DNA of 63,534 nucleotides, the filler included, from Octopus bimaculoides (Eukaryota), in NCBI RefSeq assembly GCF_001194135.2. It is 6 parts of 6 records of this genome, joined end to end, with 100 filler letters (N's around TTAATTAATTAA, not from the genome) between each part and the next. Parts side by side here need not be neighbours in the genome. Positions count along the whole stretch, not along the records: positions 24,724 to 35,612 come from NC_068982.1; positions 35,713 to 53,859 come from NC_068981.1; 4 more parts are not named here. One strand, 5' to 3'. The translations under genes and the position numbers were made by a program. Below the pieces are notes generated by a model. That model saw only the letters and a list, made by a program, of their open reading frames with translations. It was not told the DNA's origin and made no database searches. The stretch's first letter is position 1. Each line of letters begins with the position of its first letter. Shown piece by piece: positions 24,680-38,844 of this stretch.

Positions 24680-27600
24680 NNNNNNNNNNNNNNNNNNNNN
24701 NNNNNNNNNNNNNNNNNNNNNNNTATCGATCACCTGTTGGTCTTGAGGACATTTATTTCAGTCATCTGATATTTAAAGTACACAACCTTTACTTTTTGCA
24801 TGTTGGCAAATAGTTTACAAACGTATATATTCATAAGATATATCTCTAGAAGTGCATAGGCAATGCAGAGCATTTTAAAATTATGTTTGTGAGTATATGT
24901 ACACATTGGCAGTTTTAGACAGAAGTACATTTAAATTTATTCTTTTGTATAGTTTGTACATATTTTCCTGTGTTTTTCATGTCATCACCTCCAAAGAATT
25001 ATGATGTATTAAAGCTTTTATATTTCGTAAATTTTTGTGATGGATAGTATGCTTGGGAAAACGTTTCACAAGAAATCATTAAATAAGTATTAAACCGCCA
25101 GCATATAAACAAAATAACGTATTCACATGATTTAATAGTGGCAACAATTCATCATTTTATTACCGTTTCTTTAAATATTTCTACTTGAATAACCTATTTT
25201 AAATATCATTGAATATCGCTTCACGCTCGTTTACCATCCCGACTCTGTTTCTTCCGCTTTTTTCCGTCGGAAAATTACAATAGTATTTTACATTGAAATA
25301 TTTCAATTAAAATATAAAACTATAAACTATACAATATACCGTTCCAGGCTCTAAAATAATGTAAATGACGAATAATGATAAATCAATTGTAATTAAGAAG
25401 TCATTAAATTTTAAGAGCGTATAAAATTGCGAAGTAAAATGCAAAAATAATCAACTAAACGAGTAAAAATAAAAGTAATATAATAAATTCGTTCGGAATT
25501 TATTCAGTTATGCTGCATAGGGAAATATATTTAGTACACCATTTAGCTTTCTAATTCGATAATATTTAAATATTTCATTCGCGTTGTTATGTTACGTCTT
25601 TATTGGTTTTCCTTACAATTCTTCACTTTTCGATGTAATTCCCGTATTCAAAATTGAAAACTTAAAGTCCAATGATGCTTTACTATGTTTGTTTTTTGTT
25701 TTTATAAATGTAGTTTAGTCTATTTCGTCAACTAAATAGGTATATCCAGCACGTCTTAAAAAATGCAAAGTAATATTCAATTCCTATAAATCTATGTATA
25801 GGTTTGTGGTGTCAAATTCAACGAGGATATATTGATGCTCTAAAAATAATAATTTTGGCAGACCCCAATATATNNNNNNNNNNNNNNNNNNNNNNNNNNN
25901 NNNNNNNNNNNNNTATATATGCATATACAGATATAGATACATACTTATCTGTGTCTCTGTATGTAAATTTCTATATATGATTGCTTTAATTTATTTATAT
26001 TGTTGTAGTAGAAAAAGTTAGTTTCCAACAAAGAAATAAAGGCCTTATCAAGTAGTTGTCAATAGTCTCCTCGCAGAATTTGAAACATAGGTTCACATTT
26101 GAAGGGCAAATAAGCTGTATGGATGCTCACAGCTTCGGTTTTCATCCCAAATAACTATTCAGTTTTTTAATGTCTGCTCTTTGCAACTGTTTTCATGGGG
26201 AACATTCTCGGATATTCTTTGGGCTAAAATATATTAATGTATTTCAGAGAAAAATGTGTTAATTATATTTATAGCGGGGCAGTCTTCCCTGAAGTTTACA
26301 TGGCAAATCATTTACGCAGTAAGATATAACATCTCGATAGTTTTGGCCTAGTGATGGATTTATGTATTATGTCCTATACAAGGGTATATCATCCTCGACA
26401 TTTGAGGTTGACGCTTGGGATTTTATGGATATATGTATTATCTATGTATGTATCTATGAATGAATGTATGTATGTATGTTCACATATATGCATATATGTA
26501 TGTTTGTACGTACGTATGTATCTGTGTATGAAGCTATGAATACATGACTGATTTGCGGAGTAGCTTAGAGATATTTCATATTTTCTCACCTTTTCTTTTC
26601 TGTTTTCTGCTTGTTATCAATTGTATTTCCACCATTTTGTAATAAGAGAAGGCTAAGATTTGTTTTCGTTCTTCAATGTTTCATGAATTTAACCTAGCTA
26701 ACTCATGCTCTCTATTGTTTCTGTCATGCAAAAGTAGAACAAATCAAACGCAATTTCTTCTCAAGTACACACACACATTATTTACATAAAAACACACATA
26801 CTTTCAAATAAACACACTCGCACAAGACGATTTAAACATACGCGTCAGAAATTAAGTCCCATTTATACCAGTTACGCCAATTAAACTTACCACCTCCTCT
26901 GCCCAACAACACAACAGTTAACGTTGCATTCTCAAACGTCAAATTAATACATATATCTGTCTTACACTCACACATACTAGGTAAACATTCTTACGCAGAG
27001 ATATGCTCCACATATCACAGAAGCATCCGATGAAACTTCAGATCTTGTGAAAAAAGATAAAAATCAATCAACTCCATACTTATTAAACGCAAAGGCATCA
27101 GGCGCAATTATATACACTTGCAATCGCACACATGCACACACACATATGCACATACAATTACAGAAAGTATATACACGACAAATAAAACTACCATACAAAT
27201 ATTAATGCAAGCCAACATATATAAGAAATACATTTTAATCCACAAATATGCTATCATGAAATATTGTCCGCAATGCAAATCAAGTACACACCCAGACATA
27301 CATACTGGATCTTACACATATCTCACACTTACACAAATTTTCCTAGAGCGAGCATAATTTTTTCACCGACATGCATTCGCTTACAGAAACACACCTTACA
27401 TCTGTATGCACGTATACCAGCGCTCAGCCATATATAAACACAAACACATACCGAAACCTTAATATTGATACTAATCTTCAACCATGCTGTATATGCATAT
27501 ATCTGTTTACACTCAGCGTTCGACCATTTTCTTTCCATAACTAGGCACTTGTGTAATGAAACTATTTATCTTCCTTACTGAATTTCCCTTCGTCTTAATC

Positions 27601-27692
27601 CATACTTTTACACGCGAAAATACAGTTTTGACTGCACTCCGGCACTGAGTCTAAATTATATATTTGCATCCTGCTACATATATATATAGCAG

Positions 27693-28078
27693 GTTAAAAA
27701 CTGTGAACACCCAAACTATGGAACCTGCCCCAACTTACTTGAAGACTCGGATTTCCTTTTCAAACAAGGACAGAGCTTCACAATTAAAACTAGTTTCACT
27801 TCTGAGAACCTAATTTATGTAATAACCTGCTCGGGTGGCGGACACAACTATACTGGACAGACGAGTGTGACCTTGAGAAGGAGAACCAAATCCGTTTCTC
27901 ACAATACAGGCAAATTCCTCCCAGTCAACATATAGAAAAATGTGCAGATAACATCAAACCAAATTCCACAGTCTTCCCCTTCTAACAGTGAAAAGACACA
28001 ATCTCTCCACAAGAACGTTTAAATAAAGAAACTTTTTTCATTGAAAAATACAGAACACGTCTTAATATGCACGCATAA
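27693..28078 (+). mobile_element. Penelope-like element GIY-YIG endonuclease, frameshifted
   Basis: CEHPNYGTCP...FTIKTSFTSENLIYVITCSGGGHNYTGQTSVTLRRR, then in another frame QHIEKCADNIKPNSTVFPF...ERLNKETFFIEKYRTRLN. Confidence 0.9.
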
Positions 28079-28371
28079 CCAACTTTTCTCTTTTTACATA
28101 TTTCAATTCAAGATTACATCACTGTACATAAATCCCCTCACTAAACAAATTTTTCGAAATCTTTTTTGTTGTGTGTACATATATATTCCCCTCCCCTTAC
28201 CGAAGGCTGAATATTTATCTCCCTTGCCCACAATAACAACAATCATAACGATAACCAATTACCTCCCCTTATCTGTCGACTTGTGAAGTCATTCACTAGT
28301 AAATATCATCACACACAACATGGACAAAAATTTCTTCTTAAGAAAATACATATTCAAATAAGTAAACCATA

Positions 28372-28406
28372 ATATCATGAATAGCGAAAGCGAAACCGGT
28401 CGATAT
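28372..28406 (+). ncRNA. Minimal type I hammerhead-like motif with a variant core (A3...U8)
   Basis: AUAUC AUGAAUA GC-GAAA-GC GAAA CCG GUC GAUAU: 5-bp helix I, 2-bp helix II with GAAA loop, palindromic ACCGGU helix III, GUC site; about 300 bp after the Penelope ORF. Confidence 0.6.
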
Positions 28407-28672
28407 ATTAAAAATTATATCAAAACTATGTAACGTGTGTGTATTTTCCTTTTTTTAATTTCTTATATATATATTACAACTCACCACGTGCAGATAATCG
28501 AAATTCCTTCTTTTCTGCTGCTGCTACTACTACTACTACTAGTATATATATNNNNNNNNNNNNNNNNNNNNNNNNNNNNNNNNNNNNNNNNNNNNNNNNN
28601 NNNNNNNNNNNNNNNNNNNNNNNNNNNNNNNNNNNNNNNNNNNNNNNNNNNNNNNNNNNNNNNNNNNNNNNN

Positions 28673-28705
<33 letters not shown>

Positions 28706-31570
28706 AATTTTCATTCTTCGAACTGCGCAAAAATTACTTTATTCCAATTTTGCCCACTTGTGTGTTTTCTGTAAATTACTTCACCCGTATTTTCTCTGAG
28801 TGATTCTTCAATATTCATATTCTCAAAATATACTATAATTTAATATAACTACGCAATTCTATATTAGAAAATGCTCTCAACAAAACTTCATATTTTACAC
28901 AATTAAATACAATTTCTTTATTTTGAGTGACTGTACATTGTAATGATTCTTTTCCATGCATGCTCATTTTACCTACGTAATCATTTTAAAGTTTTATGCA
29001 ACTTAAAGGAAAATTAAAATGCGCCATTGTGCATAATGTAATAAATACGACAAATATTTTTTTTTACTTTTCATATAGTAGAGGTGTATGCATTTCAATA
29101 CAATACTTTATGATATATATTTGAAACGTTTCACTATACCAACTTTCCAAACATTCATTTTTTTCATTTACATATAATGTGTTTACTGACAAATCTTGTT
29201 TTGTCCCTTGCATCTTACGCTAAAGGGATTTACAAAACAAAGCTTTTGTCTTTAAAACGAAGCTATAAATTAGCTTAGACATAAACTTATTTACTTCATG
29301 TTGCAAGTCACTTTTAATTTTTTTTTTTTATAATTACACTTCAGTAGTCCTTAATGAAAAACTGAAAATCGTTTGATAGTGTCCTCAATTACATTATCTT
29401 ATTTGTATGTTGATTGATGGGACTTCACCGTTACGAATATAAACTAAAAGGACCTCATATTGTATAAAACGCATTAAATATATAATGAGCTATCATTGGA
29501 AAGAATACAAAAAAGAGAAAATTAGATGTATGCCAAATCTCAGATTATTTAAATATCTAGGGAAAATATTAAACCTTCCCAGTAACGTGTTTGCTGATGG
29601 GGAATAAGAAACCATTGGCATGATCTCCTGCAAAGTAATTGGAAATGAAACCATATTTCCACAATGTGAGGTGGCCGACTTTTCTATTCAAAAATATAGA
29701 GAAATGCGTCGAAGAATTACATTAATTTACTTTTTCGCTATTATTAATTTGAGAGATAAGTGACACTCGGACTGTACGTTAACAAAATCACCATATTTAA
29801 ACAAATGTCAGCATAATTAAGATAAATATCAGGAAAATTTAGGCAGATACACGGTATATATAATAAAACTGAGAAGCTATGCAAGAAGTATAAATCAATA
29901 ATCTGTGGAGGTAGCGATCCAAGGTAAAAGTTGTTTTATTTAATTCATTTGTTTTAAGGTAAGGCACATCAAAATGTCCATTGCATTTACGCAGCTAGGC
30001 ATTATTGCGAATGTTCCAAATGTTGCATAGGACCTGAAAATGAGTAGAGATGAATATTTAGGCTTGCTATTGAAAACACTGTAATAATTTGCTCAACCGT
30101 TTTCGAAAATTTTGCTTTTAAATTTTACAAGAATAATGGCTTCGGTAACAACAGGCTTAGGGTGATTTGAGTAATTAGAGGCATAATTAAAAGGGACTTG
30201 TCAATCAAAATCTTCATTGGACAATTGGAAAGAGATTTCGCGAAATAGATTTCTGTGGTAATGAATGAAATCATTACAAACGCAAAAGCAACAGATTTAT
30301 AATGCCGCTATATTCTGATTAGATTTACTACCACAAACAAAACCAACAGCATTCCCATCAGTATTCCCGTCCTCGGTGGTAATTGCAGGTATTCTGACAG
30401 TGACAACACATTCGCAACTATCAACGATGATATAATTACTAATACCTTCATAAACATTAACAAGAGCAATTATAAAACACAAAAGATTCCCTATGCTCAA
30501 AATATTCTCTATGCTCCTGTAATAGCATTCTATTCTCTATGCTCCTGTGATATTAGGCATATCACTCATAAAAAAGCCTTTCCCAAAGTGGAATTGTGGA
30601 CTGATAATACAGTCCTATTTAAACAAAAAGAAAGAATGAAAAGTAAAACACGTTACGGTCAAATCTGCTCAAATGTGGTTAAAATTCTCGCATCAAAAAC
30701 GAAGCAAGGTTGACACATCTGCGAGATTGCATGACATTTGCTTAACTGCAGTTTGATCTCCCTCGAAGTAAACGCTATGTTCATCTTGTAAAACAAAATG
30801 AATCTTTTAGCATCTTGCAGTTTTATATATTTTATGAATCATATAAATATGATGGCGAAGGCGTGAATGCATTTCGTATTAAACCAGCTTCAGCAAAGTT
30901 GAATTCTAGCGAAACATCAATGACATAAAATCGTATACTATGTGAAAAGTTATCATGTGAACAGTTATCTGAAACAAATATCGGACACAAAATGGAAGAA
31001 TATATGTGAACCTAGGAAAAATATACGAATTGGTATCAAGATATCGACTCGACAATTATATTCATATTATATAATCACAACAGAAGGCTCAGTAAAAATA
31101 AAATAGTTTGATATCATATAGACTGGAAAACATGGGGTGAAAAAACGCAACTTGATATCAAACTATAACAAGCTGAAAATTATGCCAAATGAATGATTAG
31201 TTTTGCCCCTTTGATATAAAGATGTAAATAGCCACATCGAATTTAAAAATTTCATGCACCATAGAAGGAATTTCACCAACGTACATGTAAGGACGAATAC
31301 CTAATCTCCTCTTAATTTCTGTTAGAGTAATGTCATAAATGAAATGTTAACTTTCTATTTGTCGCCATATAATATTCTCTAACATTGATTGATGGCAAGG
31401 TAAAATATATTGAAAACGTCATCTTATATTTGTAAAACGAAGCATTGCGCACGCAAGAAAACTATTTAAATTTGTATAAATATTTTATTAAGAGACAGTA
31501 GTGTGCACTGTCAGATTTATTATGGAACGAAAACGTTATAATACTACAAATAGTGGCATCCGTATGATTA

Positions 31571-31610
<40 letters not shown>

Positions 31611-31617
31611 TCACACT

Positions 31618-31668
<51 letters not shown>

Positions 31669-33759
31669 ATGAACCAACACTACATCTAGCATAGAATCTA
31701 ATGTCAGAATTGTAGGTGACAGTATTACTTAGGAACCCCAAAGTAGCCAAGAAAACGATAACATGCATATCAACACCAGCCGCACTACCAACAATTGCAA
31801 CTACAAAGCAACTATAACTTAATCTCCAAGTAAACCCTTTATTGACAGAAATATTACGGTCATCTATATCTTAAGTTCAGTCGGTAGAAAGAAAAAGAAG
31901 AATAGTAGCCACAGGAAATATAAGATAAAGCGAAACCAGTAAAGTTACATGCAATTGTCTTCTAGTAAACATTTTACCGAAGAAAGATGCATATTTTCAA
32001 ATATATATACATAAAAAAGATTGAATACTAATTAAAATAGCTACTGTTTTCAATTAACTTGTTTTCAACATCTGATTTTGGTATGAACGTGAGTCGACCA
32101 CCTGAAATATAGATGATAACTTGGCTTGGAAGGTCTGCTCACTGGGACTATTCCAATTTTTGTAATACCAGTACTATTCCTGTTGAAGAACTGCAAACGT
32201 ACGATGCAGAGAGCAAAGGCAAAGTTTTTGACAAACGTTCTCCCCAGACATCGATGCAATTTATATGTAGAAATATAGGAGATACATACATTTAAATGGT
32301 TGTTATTATCTGTTTCTGACTGTTATCATATGCTTACATTGTTTTGCGTATACCGCATACTGGAACAAAATGACTAACCACAACAGTTGACATAATTTGA
32401 GTTTGGCTTTGAGCTCTGATTTTCATATTCATGGAAGACTGTATAAGTTTAGATAAACTTGGATATATTTCGAACAAAAATTGACCAGGATGAGTAAATT
32501 TATACAACTAGCATGTGATTCTGTTGGATTTCTTTTTGTTCCCTTAGTGGAGTAGCATAACCTAGATTATGATCATATTGGTGTTTTTGAGAATAATTAT
32601 ACTTTGTCATTTGTCATGTGATATTTGTTCATTAGATAAGGACAATTCCCACCAATGGGAAATACATTTGCAATGATATAAAAAAAAACTAGCCTAGTTA
32701 ATTTTTTGGAACTCGAATATTTCAGCAAACACTCTTAGAAATTGCAATATTGATATCGAAGAGTTATGAAATTGAGGTGGTCGACCGTGTTTTGGAATAG
32801 TATCGAGAGTTAATGAAAAGGAAAGTTAAAAATGATAAGTCTGGGGCTTGCATTTTGCCACTTCATAATTGGAATACAAACGACAGATTCTCTCGGTGAA
32901 GAGAGTGTCTGTTAATGGTAAGTAGTCTACATTGCACCAAATGAAATAAATACGTACATTTCGTGAGTGGAGTATCAATTTTAATCATAGATAGTATAAT
33001 AAAGACCTGCTCCAGAAAAGCAATATTTACCTAGCAGGTTTCAGTCACTGATTTGGTGGTGAAGTTCCAGATCTTCTTTAAGCGTATGTGAGCTTACGTT
33101 TGATACTTTTATTATCTTGGATCGGCATGTCTCAGGGCGCTGTCAAGCCGCTTTTTTCTTTATTTTCTGCAACATAATCTGTCTTGGCTATGACATTCAG
33201 CCAGAGCATGCGATTACTGAATATATTCTCCTTCATGGCAGCTAATTGCTCGCGATTTCCTTGCAAGAAGTTCTATAACTTGATCCACTCACTTAGGAAG
33301 CAGTACGACGTTCTTTTAATATCTATCATCTATTTCTCGTATTTCTTGAAGTGTTATCATGTCTCTCAGTAACTCCATTTGTACCTTACGCATAAGAGTT
33401 TTCACTCTTCTGTTTCCGATTTCTATTTAGTTGCATTTTATAGATCTCATTTAATTTCCACATTTTTCTCATTGTGTGGTTTATGTTTCTTCTTGGTGAA
33501 TAATAGTATTTAACAAAATTTCTAACAAATTTAGCTTTGGGATTATGTTTTGTAAATGAATTAAAATGCGGTCATATTCCTGTTATGTGCGTAATTTTCG
33601 TGCCCAGTTACAAGTGTGGATGCATTTTTCCATTATGTTTTTATTATTTCCATTTAAATATTAATATGGTAGGTACATGACATTTTTTCTCACTAGCCGT
33701 TATCGCATTTTTAGTGTCTTGATGGTTCTTAATTGTTTTAATTGCCTTTATTTGTTTAG

Positions 33760-34170
33760 TGTGAACGGTTTCACTGAGACACTTCTTCAGGCATGGCATA
33801 TTTTTAAAGTGCCACGGAGTTTACTTGGTGGTCCCCCTGAAGATTATTTAACAAATAATTCATTTGCTACTTGCATGGATTATTGGTATAGTTTACCTAA
33901 CGATAGATGGCTTTTCCAAATACAAGCAATTCAAAGACGTTAGCTAGCAGACGAAAAGGATCTTCGATGTATAAACAACGGTGCTTCTCTTCAAGCCATA
34001 GAAATACTTAGCAATATTAAGCAATTCCCTATTCAAGAAATGTGCTGCTCTATTAAAAGACAACGGACACATTGGTCCTACATAAGCAATGCATGAATAT
34101 GTGTAGGATAATCAACATTGGAATGTATCTTAATGTAGGACTTATCAGAAAGTACAATCCTGCTATTCAA
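33760..34170 (-). mobile_element. Very old Penelope-like 3' relic (degenerate GIY-YIG followed by a hammerhead-like motif)
   Basis: SNVDY...IAYVG...RAAH loosely matches SNVIY...YIG.T...R..EH; followed by CUGAAGA-A-...-GAAACCGUUC at about 33763-33791 and an aataaa tail. Confidence 0.4.
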
Positions 34171-35563
34171 CAACACAATAGCAAGTAAGGATCTATTTCG
34201 TTTTATTCTTTTGTTGCTTTTCCCTTCCGATATGTATTTGCATTTAAACCATTTGTTTTCTCATTAACTTCCATTAAGGTGTTGTCATATGTTATTGAAT
34301 AGTGAAAGAAATAGTTATGCCGAGATATATAATTTTATCAGATATGTTTATATATATATATATTGGTAGTTTTTATTACATTAAATGAGTTATCGTTTCC
34401 ACAAACTTCTTAGCATTAAATCTATAAAAAAATAGCCAAATATAGTCATGGGATACACAATGTGTAACGTGAATTAATACTATGGATAATGAAGAGAAGT
34501 ATCGTCAGACGAATAATTGATCATATTAATGTTTTAGCACGTGACTGAATTTTAAATACGTACAAACAGGTGATAGCTAGTAGCTGAAAAAAATATTAGA
34601 AAAAGTAAAGTGTATTTACAAACTGTAGAAACGAAGTATTTTATTTAAAATATTTTCCTCTTCAATTCTGTAATTATTCATTATTATTTTTTTTTTTTAC
34701 TTCGAAATGCTCTTTCCTCTTCTTCGTCATTTTTCTCCACCTCGTCCTGCCCCTTCTTTTAGTTTTTCCTACAGAATTATTTCTTAAATACTATGAATAA
34801 TTTTTCATTATGTCGTAAATATATCTTCATGATGTACATGAAAAAAAAAACATATGACATACACACGCATATGTAAAGTGAGGGGCTGAGTAATATACAC
34901 TTGCGTGTACATATACNNNNNNNNNNNNNNNNNNNNNNNNNNNNNNNNNNNNNNNNNNNNNNNNNNNNNNNNNNNNNNNNNNNNNNNNNNNNNNNNNNNN
35001 NNNNNNNNNNNNNNNNNNNNNNNNNNNNNNNNNNNNNNNNNNNNNNNNNNNNNNNNNNNNNNNNNNNNNNNNNNNNNNNNNNNNNNNNNNNNNNNNNNNN
35101 NNNNNNNNNNNNNNNNNNNNNNNNNNNNNNNNNNNNNNNNNNNNNNNNNNNNNNNNNNNNNNNNNNNNNNATATATATATATATATATATATATATACAC
35201 GCATAGGAACACACATACAGATGTGTATACGAGAAACAGCATGACAAATATAATGCATAGACAGAGAGAAGATGAATCGAGAACAAGAAATGTATGGTAA
35301 AAATATATCTCCATATATTTTTCTGACACAAAACTACGTTGACTAAATTTGAATAATTAGTTTCAATACCTTATGAAAATATAATGATGAATTGGTTACG
35401 AGATTTATAAATATTAATATGTTGTATGTATAAAACAGAAGTAGTAGACACAATATTGTAAACGTCAGTGCGTTCAAGAATACACGTTTTGCTTGTTATC
35501 ATAAATTATGCTCTCCTATAAAAACGGAAGTACATATATTGCTTACACATACACACACACATG

Positions 35564-35609
<46 letters not shown>

Positions 35610-35712
35610 AGANNNNNNNNNNNNNNNNNNNNNNNNNNNNNNNNNNNNNNNNNNNNTTAATTAATTAANNNNNNNNNNNNNNNNNNNNNNNNNNNNNNNN
35701 NNNNNNNNNNNN

Positions 35713-35774
<62 letters not shown>

Positions 35775-36192
35775 CTGGCTGGCTGTCTGTGTGTTTATGA
35801 TTAATTGAAGATTGAGACTGAGCAAAAAATGTGATCGCACGTTTTGAAGCTTCATCTTCGAATAAAAGAATTACCTCTACAGTCTGTATTGAGCACACTC
35901 TTTTCTTTCTCTTGTTTACACTTGTGGAGCACCTAGTTGTATATGTGTATATATGCATGTATGTATGTATGTATGTATGTATGTATGTATGTATATGTAT
36001 AGAGAGAGAGAGGGGGTGACAGAACATATATATATTTAGATAGATGAATATATACATGTAAATATTAGCTACATATATACATGTGTGTGTGTGTGTGTGT
36101 CTAATGTGAGAGAGAGTAAATGAATACAAGACTTTGATAGACAAAGGCTGACTGAGATATTATTTTAAGATTATAATATTCATATAATATAC

Positions 36193-36227
<35 letters not shown>

Positions 36228-36269
36228 ATCCTTGCCTCATGTTTCTTCCTTTTCGTCATTGATTTCTTT

Positions 36270-36312
36270 GTACTATTACTATTTCAATTATGACTACTAC
36301 CACTATGAATTA

Positions 36313-36387
<75 letters not shown>

Positions 36388-36391
36388 TACA

Positions 36392-36429
<38 letters not shown>

Positions 36430-36495
36430 GACTATTTTTATTATCATCATTATTTTTGGTGCTGCTTTTGTTGTTGTTGCTGTTGTTGTTGTTAG
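36270..36495. repeat. (TAT)n/(TAC)n/(TGT)n compound microsatellite
   Basis: Directly visible. Confidence 0.97.
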
Positions 36496-36688
36496 TATGA
36501 AGCTCACGTTATTTTTACTTTTTTTTTCTGTTCCCTTATTGTTGTTGCTGTTTCGTGTGTTATCACACTTTTTCATACAAAGAACCTATAGAAAATAATC
36601 AATACTTTCATTTTTTGAATGTATAATGTTTATATAGAGTGTGTATGTGTGAGTGAGCATATCTATATATGTATATATATATATATCG

Positions 36689-36737
<49 letters not shown>

Positions 36738-37331
36738 NNNNNNNNNNNNNNNNNNNNNNNNNNNNNNNNNNNNNNNNNNNNNNNNNNNNNNNNNNNNNNN
36801 NNNNNNNNNNNNNNNNNNNNNNNNNNNNNNNNNNNNNNNNNNNNNNNNNNNNNNNNNNNNNNNNNNNNNNNNNNNNNNNNNNNNNNNNNNNNNNNNNNNN
36901 NNNNNNNNNNNNNNNNNNNNNNNNNNNNNNNNNNNNNNNNNNNNNNNNNNNNNNNNNNNNNNNNNNNNNNNNNNNNNNNNNNNNNNNNNNNNNNNNNNNN
37001 NNNNNNNNNNNNNNNNNNNNNNNNNNNNNNNNNNNNNNNNNNNNNNNNNNNNNNNNNNNNNNNNNNNNNNNNNNNNNNNNNNNNNNNNNNNNNNNNNNNN
37101 NNNNNNNNNNNNNNNNNNNNNNNNNNNNNNNNNNNNNNNNNNNNNNNNNNNNNNNNNNNNNNNNNNNNNNNNNNNNNNNNNNNNNNNNNNNNNNNNNNNN
37201 NNNNNNNNNNNNNNNNNNNNNNNNNNNNNNNNNNNNNNNNNNNNNNNNNNNNNNNNNNNNNNNNNNNNNNNNNNNNNNNNNNNNNNNNNNNNNNNNNNNN
37301 NNNNNNNNNNNNNNNNNNNNNNNNNNNNNNN

Positions 37332-37371
<40 letters not shown>

Positions 37372-37870
37372 GTAAATATATATATATATACATATGTGAA
37401 CAGATACGCACAGGTGTATAAATGTATGTATATGTGAATGCTTTCTTCAATCAATAGAATCTCTAAGAACGTTTTATAATTAAGAAATATCATTGGGTTT
37501 AAAAGTCATATTTCCTGAAACTCTATACAAGCTTTTTGTGTTATTATAACTCTGCACTATCATTCGTTGGAAACAGAACAGACATTTTCGTTGGACGCCA
37601 TTTTTCACTTGCGTTTCATATCTACAATACACAGCAACAATCCGCAATGAAAAACTAATTCATAGACTTTTTAAATATCATGTTTAGCTAATCCTCTTAT
37701 GGTTTCTTTGATTTTTTTTCATCCTTTGTTGTTGTGCTTTCCTTTAGATTCGATTTAGATTTATCTCTCAGATACGTAGTTATCTTCCGGATAGCTTAAA
37801 GGAAACTCGCAGTTTCGGATAATTTTAAATTTAGACATCTTGAGATTTCTGAAAATTCTAGTCTACTTAC

Positions 37871-37950
37871 CACGCGAAGCCGATTATTATCTTCCGACGT
37901 TTACTTTTTGTTTGTTTGTATTTGCTATTAGAGCTAGCTTAAGTGTGACA
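37871..37950 (-). other. Candidate non-coding 5' exon
   Basis: CpG-containing unique sequence ending ...ATCGGCTTCGCGTG|GTAAGT, a consensus donor; the 5' boundary is unknown. Confidence 0.25.
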
Positions 37951-38611
37951 TACTTTCGGTTTTGATCTGTCATTGATGAGGCCGCGAATTGTGACAAGCC
38001 TAACTGAGTGGTTGATTGACCGAAACATTAATTGGCAAAATAGATTAATTAGTTCATTGGTGAAATAGTAAACCAATTGACAAATAAAAATTAACGAAAT
38101 AGAACCAGTCAGTGTGTTTGTTATTGGCATAATGACCCTCCCGAGACGAACAGAATATATCATAGAATCTGAGATAATACTAATTCCTCAAAATACTAGG
38201 GCTTTGTTGTTTTGTTTCGTGTTTTGTTTATTTTTTCTTTAGATTTACACTAGTACCGAAGAACTTGTTTTTTGGAATCTTCCCAAGTGGAATGGTTTCC
38301 TCTTATATACGAAACTACATCGTAGATTGTTTTTCATTTTAGGTTACTTAGCACAAATTTGAGTAAATTGTAAAATACCTGAAACAAGTAAAACGATTTA
38401 TATTTCTGACATTATACAGATTCAATAAAAAAATTCCTTTCTTAGTACACGCGACAAATATGTACGGAAAAGCATGTTACTTTCTATCATATAACAATGA
38501 AAATGGCCTTTCTAATTATCTGTTTGTATACTTTCGCAGTAGAATAATATTCACGGCGGCTCATGATATCTACTTTGATTTAAATTCCCCTCGACATACA
38601 TAATGTCAAAA

Positions 38612-38762
38612 TAGCTGTGTGGTTAGAAGGCTGCATCACAACGACTGGGTTTCAGGTTTAGTCCCACTGCGCGGCAGCTTGCGCAAGTGTCTTCAACTAA
38701 CGTCCCAGACCGACCAATGTTTGTGAGTGCGTTTGGTAGACAGAAACTGAAAGTAGCTCGTC
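38612..38762 (+). mobile_element. Family B SINE, 5' half
   Basis: gctgtgtggttag...ggtttagtcccactgcgcggc...gcaagtgtcttc...ggtagacagaaactgaaag. Confidence 0.85.
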
Positions 38763-38793
<31 letters not shown>

Positions 38794-38844
38794 TTCTGCT
38801 ATAATAAATCCATAAACACATACACAACATCCAAATGTATATCT

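Noticed and set aside
29560-30035. Two tiny minus-strand exon candidates (SYATFGTFAIMPSC; GDHANGFLFPISKHVTGK)
   Set aside because: Good acceptors but weak donors, very short, and no recognisable family.
30130-30480. Hydrophobic minus-strand frame loosely alignable to sugar-porter TM7-TM8
   Set aside because: Internal stop, no GRR or QQLSG motif and no exon boundaries; T-rich composition explains the hydrophobicity.
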